IMG/VR virus record: IMGVR_UViG_3300028797_000007 | Location: 47,500-111,499 of that record | Direction: 5' to 3' (one strand) | DNA: 64,000 bases | DNA from: a virus | Taxonomy: Duplodnaviria > Caudoviricetes | In this document: in pieces, positions 45,137-55,625 of the stretch | Layout: the number at the start of each line of letters is the position of its first letter | Position numbering within the stretch: position 1 is the first letter of the stretch | Notes under the pieces: generated by a model | What the model saw: only the letters and a program-made list of their open reading frames with translations | Told to the model about the DNA's origin: nothing | Databases searched by the model: none | Made by a program: the position numbers and the translations under genes

Positions 45137-45641
45137 AATTTAGCTATATACACAGACGTGTGTGATATAAGGTTACAACTGGGACCAAACTACCAGTGAT
45201 GCCCTGATGCAGGCTAAATTGAATGCATCGGCCTATTATGGGGATGTTTCGGTTTCGACAGGAACTAACGAACACTCATGAAACAAGTCGCAGGTATGCG
45301 TTAAATCCAAACCTAAAAAAATAAATGGAAACATTTTTTCTAAAATCGCTAACAGAGTAAAATCTGTTTTCACTGCAAATGCAGTTGCTTTAGCATAGTC
45401 TAAGGCGTAGGCGACTTTCATATGAGTAGTCAGGAAGTGGACAGACAAAAATATGAATGTATTAACTTAGCAAGGTCCACCAATATTGAGATTTCCTAAA
45501 ACAATTTCTCTATTGATTTACTAAAAGTTTTAGGCTACCCCCAAGATTTGTTAATTGGGTAGGGTAAGTAGATAGAACGAAATTAACTAAGCTTGTAAGA
45601 AAGTAATGACTAGTAAATTGGTTTTTGGACACGAGTTCGAT

Positions 45642-46315
45642 TAACTATAGTCGACCTAATAAGTAATTATTAGTGGAAAAGTAAACTCAAGACGGTGAAG
45701 GCTAAGTCGTAAGATATGCTAACGCTGCGCTAAACCTATTGGAAACAATGGGGGAACGCCCAGAGACTCAGAGAACACCTAAGGATTTAATCTATGGTGT
45801 CGCTCGGATGGAAAAAACGATATTCAAAATCTCTTTTATGTGCTTTCATTTCATCGGTATATTTACCATTTCTTGGTGTTAAGTTATTATATTCATTAAC
45901 AAGAAGATTTGCTCGATATACTTTTGAAGGTTCAAGCATAAAAGGAAGCACTTTAGGTAAAAGATTTAAAACCTTATTACCAACTAAAGTCCAGTGCCAA
46001 CTTTGTTTATGATTTTCTTTGTAAACTTTGTTGGATACTATGGTTCCTCCAAAGTGAGATTTTAAATATTCTAAAAAAGAATAAGTTGTGCTAGTTACTG
46101 ACAATGTTGGATAACGGAATTCATTATAACTATGTATTTTAGTTAAGGTAATTGTCCCTTCTCCATCAATTATTCCAGCTGTGTAAGCATACATTATTTG
46201 ATTTTCCATAAATGTTTACCTCCTATATTTGGAATAGGGTTATATATCCCTCTATTCTAATAGTATATAGGATGAAGGAATAGTCCAAACTTTTATGAAA
46301 ATAGAAGATTATTTG
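45642..46315 (+). mobile_element. Group I intron in the tmRNA T-loop
   Basis: P1 TCGATT/AGTCGA with U:G, core R CAGAGACT and S ATAGTCC, terminal G. Removal restores ACGAG-TTCGATT-CTCGT. Confidence 0.88.
45787..46209 (-). CDS. LAGLIDADG homing endonuclease (single motif), antisense within the intron
   Basis: AYTAGIIDGEG motif, AGGAGGT RBS. Confidence 0.9.
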   Translation of the reverse strand: MENQIMYAYTAGIIDGEGTITLTKIHSYNEFRYPTLSVTSTTYSFLEYLKSHFGGTIVSNKVYKENHKQSWHWTLVGNKVLNLLPKVLPFMLEPSKVYRANLLVNEYNNLTPRNGKYTDEMKAHKRDFEYRFFHPSDTID

Positions 46316-46533
46316 TCTCGTCATCTCCACCATATGCCCTGAGCAGTTTTTAGAGTTGAATGGGGGCAGAACCCATAGGGGCACCTAATAAGAAAGGCTC
46401 TGACAGTGTGAGTGAATTACGCTGTCTCACTTAAATGGAAAGCTTTCAACCTGATTTGGTCAGGCTGGGGTTGTTATGAAACAATGCTGTTAGAGCTTAA
46501 CTTTTTAGACAGCGTAAAGAAAGAGGCGATATT

Positions 46534-47520
46534 ATGAGAACTTTATATAAGTATTTTGTATTTAGCGATGTACATGGCGAATATGATGCTCTTATAAGAA
46601 GTTTGGAAGAAGCAGGTTATGAAAGAAATAATCCTACTCATAAATTAGTTAGTTTAGGAGATGAATTTGATAGAGGACCTGATAGTCGTAAAATATATAA
46701 TTTTTTAATACAAAATCATGCCATATGTGTTAAAGGTAATCATGATGTTATGTTTCAAGAGTATCTAGAAAAAGGTATGGATGGAGAATTTGTATTATTT
46801 AATATATTACATAACGGATTAGGTGAAACAATTAAAAGTTTTACTGGTTTGCTGGACAAACAATTTAGTATAGAAACTTTACAAAAGGCAAGAGTAAGTG
46901 TACAAAGTAGAGATAGCGTTCTTCGTTGGCTACAAAATAAACCTTTGTTTTATGAAACAGATACATTTATCTTTGTCCATGCTGGTATTAATCCAAAATT
47001 AAGAGATTGGAAAGATACTGATGAACACTATGCACTTTGGGATATAGAAGATAGCCATAAGAGCTGTCCTAATGTAGGTAACAAAGTTGTTGTTATAGGG
47101 CATCATCATGCTTTTAGAGTAAGACAAAATGGTCTAGAAAATGGGAATGGTGACCCAGATTTAAGCCAAATAGATATGCATACGAATAGTCGTGATGAAA
47201 ATGGTAATTATCACTATTTCAAATTACATTCTTATGGTAACACTGATGAAAATCGTCCTTATGTAGGAGGAAATAAAATAGCTATCGATGGCTGTACTAA
47301 TTTAACTAAAAAGGTAAATGTTTTAGTTGTAGAAGATTATGAAAAAGAAGACCCTAAACCAGAAAAAGAGCCATCACCTGAGCAAGGCCCTAATGAACCT
47401 CATATAACAGTAACACAAAATGGATACACAATAAACATGGAACCTCAATGGTATAACTATGTAGATATGGGAACTACAGCAGCAGGTGGAGTATATACTA
47501 CTACAACTGGTAGAATATAG
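46534..47520 (+). CDS. Calcineurin-like metallophosphoesterase (Ser/Thr phosphatase type)
   Basis: SDVHG, LGDEFDRG, KGNHD, VHAG, IGHHH motifs. Confidence 0.9.
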   Translation: MRTLYKYFVFSDVHGEYDALIRSLEEAGYERNNPTHKLVSLGDEFDRGPDSRKIYNFLIQNHAICVKGNHDVMFQEYLEKGMDGEFVLFNILHNGLGETIKSFTGLLDKQFSIETLQKARVSVQSRDSVLRWLQNKPLFYETDTFIFVHAGINPKLRDWKDTDEHYALWDIEDSHKSCPNVGNKVVVIGHHHAFRVRQNGLENGNGDPDLSQIDMHTNSRDENGNYHYFKLHSYGNTDENRPYVGGNKIAIDGCTNLTKKVNVLVVEDYEKEDPKPEKEPSPEQGPNEPHITVTQNGYTINMEPQWYNYVDMGTTAAGGVYTTTTGRI

Positions 47521-47530
47521 GAGGATAAAT

Positions 47531-47863
47531 ATGAGAAAACAAATCATAAGTAAAGATGAAGAAAAACTTAATATAGTAATTCTTTCAAACGAAGATTTAG
47601 GTATAATAGTTAAAGGGATAGCTCGCTGTCATGCTGAAGATGAGTATAATAAAGAATTTGGTATATCATTAGCAAATACAAGAGCTTGGCTAAAATATTA
47701 TGAAAAATTATCTAAGTCTACTGTAAAAAAATTACAATGGGCTGAAGAAATAAGAAAAATCTATGAAGAAGAAATATCTCGTTTAACTACTACTAAAAAA
47801 TTAGCAGATACTAAACTTATTGAAATTAAAGAAGAATATAATAAAATGATAGAAACTATTTAG
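47531..47863 (+). CDS. Hypothetical phage protein
   Basis: GIARCHAEDEYNKEFG motif, GGAGG RBS. Confidence 0.65.
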   Translation: MRKQIISKDEEKLNIVILSNEDLGIIVKGIARCHAEDEYNKEFGISLANTRAWLKYYEKLSKSTVKKLQWAEEIRKIYEEEISRLTTTKKLADTKLIEIKEEYNKMIETI

Positions 47864-47930
47864 TTCCCCTCTATTTGGTAGAAGATTTGAATATATATTC
47901 AAGTTTTCTACTATATGATGGAGGTGTCAT

Positions 47931-48404
47931 ATGAAAAAAAGTAGAATAAGAGAATTAAGCGACCAAGATTTCTGTGCTTTAGTAGCATCTAGTTATTCAT
48001 ATAGTGATATCCTTAGGGCCTTAAAATTAGGGACAAAAGGAGGTTCATCTACGGATATACTTAAAGCTCGCATAAAAGAATTAGGATGTTCAATAGAGCA
48101 TTTTAATAGACGCAAGAGTGAAAATGTAAAAAATATAACTCAACCTTTAAGTACCATATTAGTAGAGAACTCGTCATATCATAACATTTCTCGTCTAAAA
48201 GAAAGACTTATTAGAGAAAAGAAATTAGAATATAAATGTGCTATATGTGGCAATCCTGGAACTTGGCAAGGTAAAAAGCTATGTTTACAATTAGACCATA
48301 TTAATGGTATTAATGATGACCATAGATTAAATAACCTAAGATTTTTATGTCCTAACTGTCATTCTCAAACAGATAATTACAGTGGGAAAAATAATAGGGG
48401 GTAG
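47931..48404 (+). CDS. HNH endonuclease
   Basis: CAICG...LDHING...NLRFLCPNCH. The 3' end overlaps tRNA-Trp(CCA). Confidence 0.9.
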   Translation: MKKSRIRELSDQDFCALVASSYSYSDILRALKLGTKGGSSTDILKARIKELGCSIEHFNRRKSENVKNITQPLSTILVENSSYHNISRLKERLIREKKLEYKCAICGNPGTWQGKKLCLQLDHINGINDDHRLNNLRFLCPNCHSQTDNYSGKNNRG

Positions 48405-48469
48405 GCGACGGTTGCCGACGAGTCTCCAAAACTTGTGTCGAGTGGGTTCAACTCCTACATCCCCTGCCA
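48396..48469 (+). tRNA. tRNA-Trp(CCA), atypical D arm
   Basis: AGGGGGT/ATCCCCT acceptor, loop CTCCAAA, G73. Confidence 0.8.
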
Positions 48470-48675
48470 TTTTTTTTGTAATGGAGGAATAATTGTGAAC
48501 AATAATAAAAAAGAATATTAGGAAGTCGGGGCAAATAGGAAAGTCCGCTTCCTATATTAGCAGTAATGCTTAAGCATAGGCATAGGCCAATGTGTTGTAT
48601 CCTGGAACAGGCGGCCCAGGGCCCCGTCCTATAATTCTTCATTTTCTCGCAGGGGGTATTTTCCCCCGATTTTAT

Positions 48676-48752
48676 GTCCCCATAGCTCAACTGGATAGAG
48701 CGTTGGTCTACGGAACCAAAGGTTGAGAGTTCAATTCTTTCTGGGGACGCCA
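48676..48752 (+). tRNA. tRNA-Arg(ACG)
   Basis: Cloverleaf. Confidence 0.95.
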
Positions 48753-48778
48753 TGAAAAAAATAAGGAGATATGATATT

Positions 48779-49081
48779 ATGCCAAAATTTATAGGCTGAA
48801 TTCCATTCAGAGAAATTAGCAAAGAAGCTCCATATGATAATATTCATAGAGAAATTATCATACGGCATTTAATAGATAATAATTATATTATTTGTGGAGA
48901 TACTCATCAATCTAAATATATTCCATTATTTGATGATGGAGATATGATGTTAACCATGAGGAGCTGAGGAGATTTAATGGCTGAGGCGTTAAACCGCAAA
49001 GATGCTAATAATCATTATAGATATTTAGATTTTTATATGGCATACACTTGTCCTATTAAAGAAAATTTACCTAAAACTTAG
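48779..49081 (+). CDS. Hypothetical protein (100 aa, two TGA=Trp), missed by the ORF track
   Basis: AAGGAG RBS. MPKFIG-W-IPF...TMRS-W-GDLMAEA..., ends in TAG. Confidence 0.75.
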
Positions 49082-49152
49082 AAAAATTATTGACAAGTGG
49101 TATTATCATTTGATATAATATATATAGATAAAATTAATAAGGAGGAAACAAT

Positions 49153-49665
49153 ATGGGAAAGATATATGTAACAAGTGATACGCACTTTAATCATAAAAAT
49201 ATAATAGAGTATTGTAACCGTCCTTATTCTTCAGTAGAAGAAATGAATAAAGCTCTTATAGATAACTGGAATTCAGTGGTTACTGATGATGATACGGTTT
49301 TCTTTTTAGGAGACTTTTGTTTAGGTAATAGAGATGAGGTAATTAAGTTTGGTTCTCAATTAAAAGGTAATAAAATCTTAGTAATTGGCAACCATGACAA
49401 AGTCACGACAACAGCTTATACTGAAGCTGGCTTCAAAACTATTTATAAAAAACCTACAATTATAAGGTTTGATGAGTTTGATATAACTATCGAATTTTCA
49501 CATGCTCCTCAATATCATGAGGATAATCAATATCCTAATATACACGGGCATGTACATGACCAAGTAGTAAATAACGCGAAACATTATTGTGCTTGTGTAG
49601 AAGGCAATGATTATAAACCCGTTTTATTAGATAATATAGTAAAATACTTCAAGGAACATGAATAG
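49153..49665 (+). CDS. Calcineurin-like phosphoesterase
   Basis: SDTHFNH, LGDF, GNHD, HGHVH motifs. Confidence 0.9.
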   Translation: MGKIYVTSDTHFNHKNIIEYCNRPYSSVEEMNKALIDNWNSVVTDDDTVFFLGDFCLGNRDEVIKFGSQLKGNKILVIGNHDKVTTTAYTEAGFKTIYKKPTIIRFDEFDITIEFSHAPQYHEDNQYPNIHGHVHDQVVNNAKHYCACVEGNDYKPVLLDNIVKYFKEHE

Positions 49666-49674
49666 TTCCTATAT

Positions 49675-49751
49675 GCCATGGTACCCAAGGGGTCTAAGGG
49701 GCTGGTCTGCAACACCAGTATACATTGGTTCAAATCCAATCCATGGCTCCA
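49675..49751 (+). tRNA. tRNA-Cys(GCA)
   Basis: Cloverleaf, U73. Confidence 0.9.
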
Positions 49752-49769
49752 TTTAATAAGAGGTGTATT

Positions 49770-50129
49770 ATGAAACAATGCAACACTTGTAAAAAAGTTA
49801 AACCAGAAAGTGAGTTTTATTGGAAAGACAAAGCTCATACAAAATTAAATGGTAATTGCAAATTGTGTTCTAATAGAAGAATGGCTGAACTTAGACGAGA
49901 ACGATACGATAAAATCGCTGAGTACAAAGCATTCAAGAAATGTAAGATATGTGGTGAAGATAGACCCTGGTGTTTAGATTTACACCATGTAAATGGTGAT
50001 GATAAGGAAAGAGCAATATCAGATATGCTACGCAAAAATGTGTCTTGGGTTAAAATATTAACCGAATTAGCAAAATGCGAAGTACTATGTGCTAATTGCC
50101 ATAGAGATTATCATTACCAACATAAATAA
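49770..50129 (+). CDS. HNH endonuclease
   Basis: CKICG...LDLHH...VLCANCH. Confidence 0.85.
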   Translation: MKQCNTCKKVKPESEFYWKDKAHTKLNGNCKLCSNRRMAELRRERYDKIAEYKAFKKCKICGEDRPWCLDLHHVNGDDKERAISDMLRKNVSWVKILTELAKCEVLCANCHRDYHYQHK

Positions 50130-50213
50130 TTTTGTTAAAAAATATTTTATCAAAGACTTGAAAATTGGTAAAATATTTGATATAATATATATATAATTTG
50201 AAAAGACAAATTA

Positions 50214-51049
50214 TAGTGCTCTTTGAAAATAGAATTATTTGTTACTCGAACAAGGATAGGTTTCGTCCTAAGAGTAGGCTCTCACACGATGCCAAAAGCT
50301 ACGTCAAGAGTTCGGAAGAACGAGGGAGAGTTGTTGTCGAGTTAACAAGTGTAAGGTATCACTGATTCCGTGGGACAAGGTTATGTGCGAGTTGGCGTCG
50401 CAAACAGACCGAGGCACTTCCCTCTGCGGTTGAAATAAGGAAGCAGTGAGTAGCAGGCATAAATCCGTATAGTTACTGAAAAAAGAAGAACCTTGTGTGT
50501 TAGGGGTAAGCAATCCCCTCTATACATTATGACAAAACTCCGGCCAGAGTGGAGTCGTATAGTAGCTTTATACTTATTCATTATGTTATTGATATACGCT
50601 GGAAGATGTATATCCAACTTAAGTTGTAATCTAATAACGGTGAACGCTGTAGGATGCTGTGGCCATAACCTATGAAAAAAGGTCAGGAGCCTGATAAGGC
50701 GAAGTGGGCAGGCGAAGGCATAATGAGCATAAGGAAAGTCAATAAGCGTACTGGTCCATGTCTTAGCATTACCAAGCCGGGGGTGCGAAAGAAAGTGAAG
50801 GATAACGGTTGAAACGTGTTAAAGCGTGTATAACAGTCGTGCTTATGGGCATACAAGAAATCCGTTTAGAAGAAAAACAATGGTTTGTTTACAAAATCAT
50901 AGGCAAATAGTGATTTTGACTTTACTCCAGTTCATGCCGAGCTTATAGAGTATTGACCTCTATCTTGTGACTGAATACGCGGTTAGCTTGAAAAAGACTT
51001 GAGGGTATGCGATAGTCCCTCCAAATAGTTCTATTTTCAAGGAGCATTA
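50214..51049 (+). ncRNA. Large structured RNA ~840 nt (GOLLD-like candidate)
   Basis: Own promoter at 50158-50186, ~28-bp terminal stalk TAGTGCTCTTTGAAAATAGAATTATTTG / CAAATAGTTCTATTTTCAAGGAGCATTA, GC-enriched, no credible ORF. Confidence 0.6.
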
Positions 51050-51161
51050 GCTCCTAAAGAAAACTTATTTTAAAAGTTTTCACAAGGTTATATTTTATAT
51101 TATAATATTATTGTAATATGAAATAAGTTTTATATTATAATATAAAGGAAGGAGAAACAAT

Positions 51162-52313
51162 ATGGCAATGTCAAATTATCGTGATGCTTATGCTGTTTTC
51201 CATTTGCTTGACAATAATGCTCGACCATATTTCAAGGACGCGGTAACATTCTGCTTTGATGATGTCTATAATAAAGATGACCATCTAATTGGTGCAATGT
51301 TTAATTATGTAGACGATTGCACTGAATTAGTAGAAACTATTAGCAAATTGAGAGAAGACGAGTTAATACCAGTATCTGTTAATAGACCTGCGTTTGTAAA
51401 CTCAGGGCTTATGGATAAATTAGGTTTAGACTCAGGCGTAGTTGTAGCAGCTAAAGATGATTTAGTAGCAGTATATTTAGGAGTAGTAGAATTAACTGAT
51501 GATATTGAGACAGCTTATGTAGAAGATTTCTCTTATAATGACGACTGCGATTTACTTCAAGAAACAGAGTATTATCGTCTAACTGAAAAAGGTCTTAAGT
51601 ACCTAGCAGAACTAGAAGAAGCAATGCGAAATGAAGATGAGCACGCATGTGTTTGTCCTGAAGAAAGAGAGGAAAATAGTACTATGGATAATTTATTTGG
51701 AAACTTAGGTTTCGGTAAGTTAAGAGACTACCGTTTCAAATTATCAATGAATGGTATTGCTGTTGAACAACCTAACGGTAAATATGTTGTATACAACAAA
51801 GACAACAATGAATTCGTTGATGTAACAAATACATTATTTGATATCAAAGACGCTCTATTCTTATTACCAGCAGTAGAAGTAAATGCTGGAGACACAGTAT
51901 TACACGAAGGAAAAGCTTACTTCATAGTTGATACAACTAATGAAATTAAAGCAGTTTCTTACGAAGACTGTACTCAAACAGTTTTAATACCTAAATCAAC
52001 AATGTTTGGTATTAAATACTTCCAAAAAGTTTTCTCTATGTTTGGAGATAACTTTGCTGCAACTGGAGATTTATTCTCTAACCCAATGATGCTAATGGCA
52101 TTAATGGATGGTAAGGATAGCGACTTAACTCAACTAATGTTATTAAGTTCTTTAAACAAAGGTGAATTAGGAAGTAATCCTATGGCTTTAGCAATGTTAT
52201 TAAAAGGAGATAAAAGCAACGACAGTTTATCAACTATCGCCTTAATGTCAATGTTTAATAACGGAACTAATCCATTTGCACCAAAGAAAACTAAAGTAAA
52301 CAAAGAAAACTAA
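51162..52313 (+). CDS. Hypothetical protein with Met/Leu-rich NPM repeats
   Basis: 383 aa with promoter and RBS. Confidence 0.75.
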   Translation: MAMSNYRDAYAVFHLLDNNARPYFKDAVTFCFDDVYNKDDHLIGAMFNYVDDCTELVETISKLREDELIPVSVNRPAFVNSGLMDKLGLDSGVVVAAKDDLVAVYLGVVELTDDIETAYVEDFSYNDDCDLLQETEYYRLTEKGLKYLAELEEAMRNEDEHACVCPEEREENSTMDNLFGNLGFGKLRDYRFKLSMNGIAVEQPNGKYVVYNKDNNEFVDVTNTLFDIKDALFLLPAVEVNAGDTVLHEGKAYFIVDTTNEIKAVSYEDCTQTVLIPKSTMFGIKYFQKVFSMFGDNFAATGDLFSNPMMLMALMDGKDSDLTQLMLLSSLNKGELGSNPMALAMLLKGDKSNDSLSTIALMSMFNNGTNPFAPKKTKVNKEN

Positions 52314-52774
52314 TATCTTAGGGAATATTATTCCCTGAGATGAGAGTACCTATACCCTACCTTTCCTTTTAGGTACTTTCATCTCAAGGAACAATATTTA
52401 TTACATAATAATACCGGTTAATTTCGCATTGTTTCCTTGTGTTTTATATAGTACCAACTTAATCTATTAGCTATTATGATTATCCAGTTAACGGTTGGTT
52501 GGAGTGATGACCTACCTCCGGATAGCGATTCATCAATAACGATAACATAATAGACGGTTAAGTCCATTTGGTTTTCTCGTGTTACAGGAACCTGGGGGAT
52601 AGAGGATACGCGAGTATCCTCTTTTTCTTTTTTAACCTAGTATATTTTGTTATTTAGGTTTATATAATATAAATATATTAAAAAATATAAAACAAAGCGG
52701 AAATCGGTGTTTTTAAAGCCAATAAAGGTATATTTAATTATAATTTAATTATAATTTTAAAAAGAGGTGTTAAT

Positions 52775-53014
52775 ATGGATTTACTATTAGCAATAAAAAA
52801 ATATTGCAACAAATTAATTGAATATGGATATTATCCTAAAGACAAAAAACCAAGTATAGGAAAGTTAGAAAAAATGGCGGACTTATGTATGGCAAATAAA
52901 TTCCGTAAATTAAGTCGTTATGTGCCAAAAGATGCTAATGATGAAATTAAAGCAGAATTTGAAGAATTAATGGATAAGATAAAGGAGATAGTAAAGAATG
53001 AAAAAAACATTTAA
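52775..53014 (+). CDS. Hypothetical protein
   Basis: GAGGTG RBS. Confidence 0.6.
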   Translation: MDLLLAIKKYCNKLIEYGYYPKDKKPSIGKLEKMADLCMANKFRKLSRYVPKDANDEIKAEFEELMDKIKEIVKNEKNI

Positions 53015-53578
53015 AGTAATGTTAACTATAGGTATATCATTATTAGTAATTAGCTCTATAATATTTAATAGTGTAATCATTAGTAAAGATTTAAAGCTAC
53101 ATAAAAAAATAGCTGTCATTACAGAAGAAAAAAATATTTTAGAGGAAGAAAAAGTTCAACTTGAAGAAAAAGTAATGGTACTTGAAGGAGAAATAATTAA
53201 TAAGGATAACGAAATTATTGAATTGAAAGAACAAATTACAGACTTAAAAAAAAAGTAATATCTTGGGATGGTTCAAAATTAACAAAAAGTAAAGGAGTTA
53301 ATTATGGACCAAGCGGTAAAGAAACTTATTATAATCTTCCTATGGGGGGCGTAATAAAAATTATGCGTAACCTAGGTTATAATGAAACTGATTATCCATA
53401 TTGGGTTAGAGATGACGGAGCCAAGATGTTTGGTAACTATATTATGATAGCAGCGAACCTAGAGCTAAGACCTAGGGGTACCATTGTAAATACCTCTCTA
53501 GGTAAAGGTATTGTTTGTGATACGGGAGGTTTTGCTAAAGACAATCCTACACAAATAGATATTGCTGTTAATTGGTAG
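52998..53578 (+). CDS. TM-anchored coiled-coil plus 3D-like cell-wall domain, joined by a -1 shift
   Basis: A AAA AAG TAA at 53249-53258. The -1 frame is open to 53578 (VCDTGG...IDI). Confidence 0.6.
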
Positions 53579-53688
53579 AGCTGATTTTTGTCAGCTCTTT
53601 TTTCTTTTTATACTTTTCACAAGACAGCTAATTATTATATAATATATTTAGATAAATAAATAAAAGTTGAAAGAAAGGAGCAATCATT

Positions 53689-54387
53689 ATGCAACAGAAT
53701 TTATTTGAATATCCAAGATGGACAATTTTATTAAGTACAGAAAATGCCGAAGATTTTAAGGAAGATGAGTTTAAAATAATATCTAAGCAAAAAAATCAAT
53801 TTGATGAAGAATTCACAATATTAGAGATAGAGGCTTTAACTGTAGATTGCCCATATACAGCCGACGAAATATTAGATATTATAACAGATGCAATAGCAAT
53901 TCATGAAGAATTTACTAATGCTATAGTTATTAGAGAAAATGATTTGTATGATTTAGGAGAAGACTTATATACTTGGGATGGGTCTGGAGAAGTGTTTTTA
54001 AGTGACATGCTAACTGACATAGAAAGACTTAATTTTCTTATGAATTATTTATATGAAGAATACAAAACATTGGTAACAGTAGATAAAATAAAAATTAAAT
54101 TAACTAAAGATGGTGAGCCCGTCTCTTTAACAGACAATATGGAAAAGTTATTTACTAATGATGTATATTCTTCAATATATGAAAACCAAGAAGACATCTT
54201 ATGGTGGCCTGAAATAACTAGACATGTAGGATTGTTTTTAGTTGTCTTGAATGAGGAATCAGATGATGATGAAAGAAAATTATTACCTATTCCTAGATAT
54301 GCTGATAGATATGATGATTGGGATTATGATGATTATAGTTATGATTATGGTTATGATTATGATGACAGATATTATAGAAGGACATAA
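53689..54387 (+). CDS. Acidic hypothetical protein
   Basis: 232 aa. Confidence 0.7.
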   Translation: MQQNLFEYPRWTILLSTENAEDFKEDEFKIISKQKNQFDEEFTILEIEALTVDCPYTADEILDIITDAIAIHEEFTNAIVIRENDLYDLGEDLYTWDGSGEVFLSDMLTDIERLNFLMNYLYEEYKTLVTVDKIKIKLTKDGEPVSLTDNMEKLFTNDVYSSIYENQEDILWWPEITRHVGLFLVVLNEESDDDERKLLPIPRYADRYDDWDYDDYSYDYGYDYDDRYYRRT

Positions 54388-54390
54388 ATT

Positions 54391-54981
54391 ATGATTAAAA
54401 ATATAGGATATAGTGAATTTGTTTTATTAATTGATGATGCATCTAAAGAAGAATTTGACCAAAAAGTTGAAAAATTCCAAATGATAGCTGACATAGTATC
54501 TGAGTATGATATTAAAACTAAAAAAAATCACTACTGGGTTGTCCAGTTAGTTGTATTACTTGAAAACCGAAGTTTAGAAGAGCTATGCAAATTTGTATAT
54601 AAATATTTCCCATTTATAGCTATGCGTCAAAATAATAGTACATATATATTAGCATCTGATAAAAAAACTTTCAAAGATATGGTTAATGATATTTATAGCA
54701 AAGAAAAGAAAAAATATTTTCTTTATGATATGTTAAGTATAGATGAAAGATATAAAGCATCTTGTAATACAGGAATCGAAATCGACCCCCTTTCAAGAAA
54801 CAGATTGTTACATAATGAATCTGGTTCTATATATTCGTTAATATATAATGAAGAATGTATATTTTTATTTACAAATGAACCAGAGATAACAATAATGGAT
54901 GAAAGCTCTGGAGAAGTAAAAGAGCTGGATATTACTGATGGGTTGGGAATTTTTGATTTTCATGTAGCAGTTTTAAAATAA
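54391..54981 (+). CDS. Hypothetical protein
   Basis: 196 aa. Confidence 0.7.
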   Translation: MIKNIGYSEFVLLIDDASKEEFDQKVEKFQMIADIVSEYDIKTKKNHYWVVQLVVLLENRSLEELCKFVYKYFPFIAMRQNNSTYILASDKKTFKDMVNDIYSKEKKKYFLYDMLSIDERYKASCNTGIEIDPLSRNRLLHNESGSIYSLIYNEECIFLFTNEPEITIMDESSGEVKELDITDGLGIFDFHVAVLK

Positions 54982-55037
54982 AAATCTTGAAAAAGACTAG
55001 TAAAAAATGATATAATTTTTATATAAAGAAAAAGAAA

Positions 55038-55625
55038 GTGAGTGATAAGAAAATGACAGATTTAAAAGTACCCGCAAATATTAGTCATACAGTATTGGTA
55101 CATGCAGGGTCATATAAAAGTTTCTTATCTCAGTTAACAATAAAATTTCCTCAACTAAAACCTAAATTTATAAAAAAAGTAGCAATACATTATTTTATAA
55201 TTCAGTTAGAGGATGTTGGAGAGAAAGCTATATCAAAAAAAGATATATATAGTTTACCTCTTATGGCAATGAGAGAAGAATTTAGCAGTTATATATTTTT
55301 TAAAAATGTTAGAAGTTATAATAATGTTTTAAAAAGAATGTGTGACGGTAATAATAATAAAAATGCAGCATATGATTTATTACAACACATGATGACACCA
55401 TTTGAAAAAAGTAGAATATTAAACTTGTGTGATGCAAAAACTCTAACTATTGAAGAAGAGGAAGATAAAGAAACTATAATAACAAGTTATAGTGGTGAAG
55501 CATTAAAAAGTATGGAAGTATTGAATAAGTTATTTTCTTTAAATAAAGTAGAAGTAGATAATGTTGATTTGGCATTTAATGAGTTAATAAAAAAAGAAAC
55601 TTGGTATATAGGAATACATAAATAA
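55038..55625 (+). CDS. Hypothetical protein
   Basis: 195 aa. Confidence 0.7.
   Translation: MSDKKMTDLKVPANISHTVLVHAGSYKSFLSQLTIKFPQLKPKFIKKVAIHYFIIQLEDVGEKAISKKDIYSLPLMAMREEFSSYIFFKNVRSYNNVLKRMCDGNNNKNAAYDLLQHMMTPFEKSRILNLCDAKTLTIEEEEDKETIITSYSGEALKSMEVLNKLFSLNKVEVDNVDLAFNELIKKETWYIGIHK

Larger units (their letters stand above)
45240..46332 (+). ncRNA. ssrA: tmRNA interrupted by a group I intron
   Basis: 5' GGGGATGTTTCGGTTTCGAC, G3:U70, tag (A)GNIFSKIANRVKSVFTANAVALA*, 3' CTCGTCATCTCCACCA. Confidence 0.92.

Noticed and set aside
48520-48630. RNase P RNA (AGGAAAGTCCG motif)
   Set aside because: The element is too short and no complementary P4 3' strand was found. It may still be a small structured RNA.
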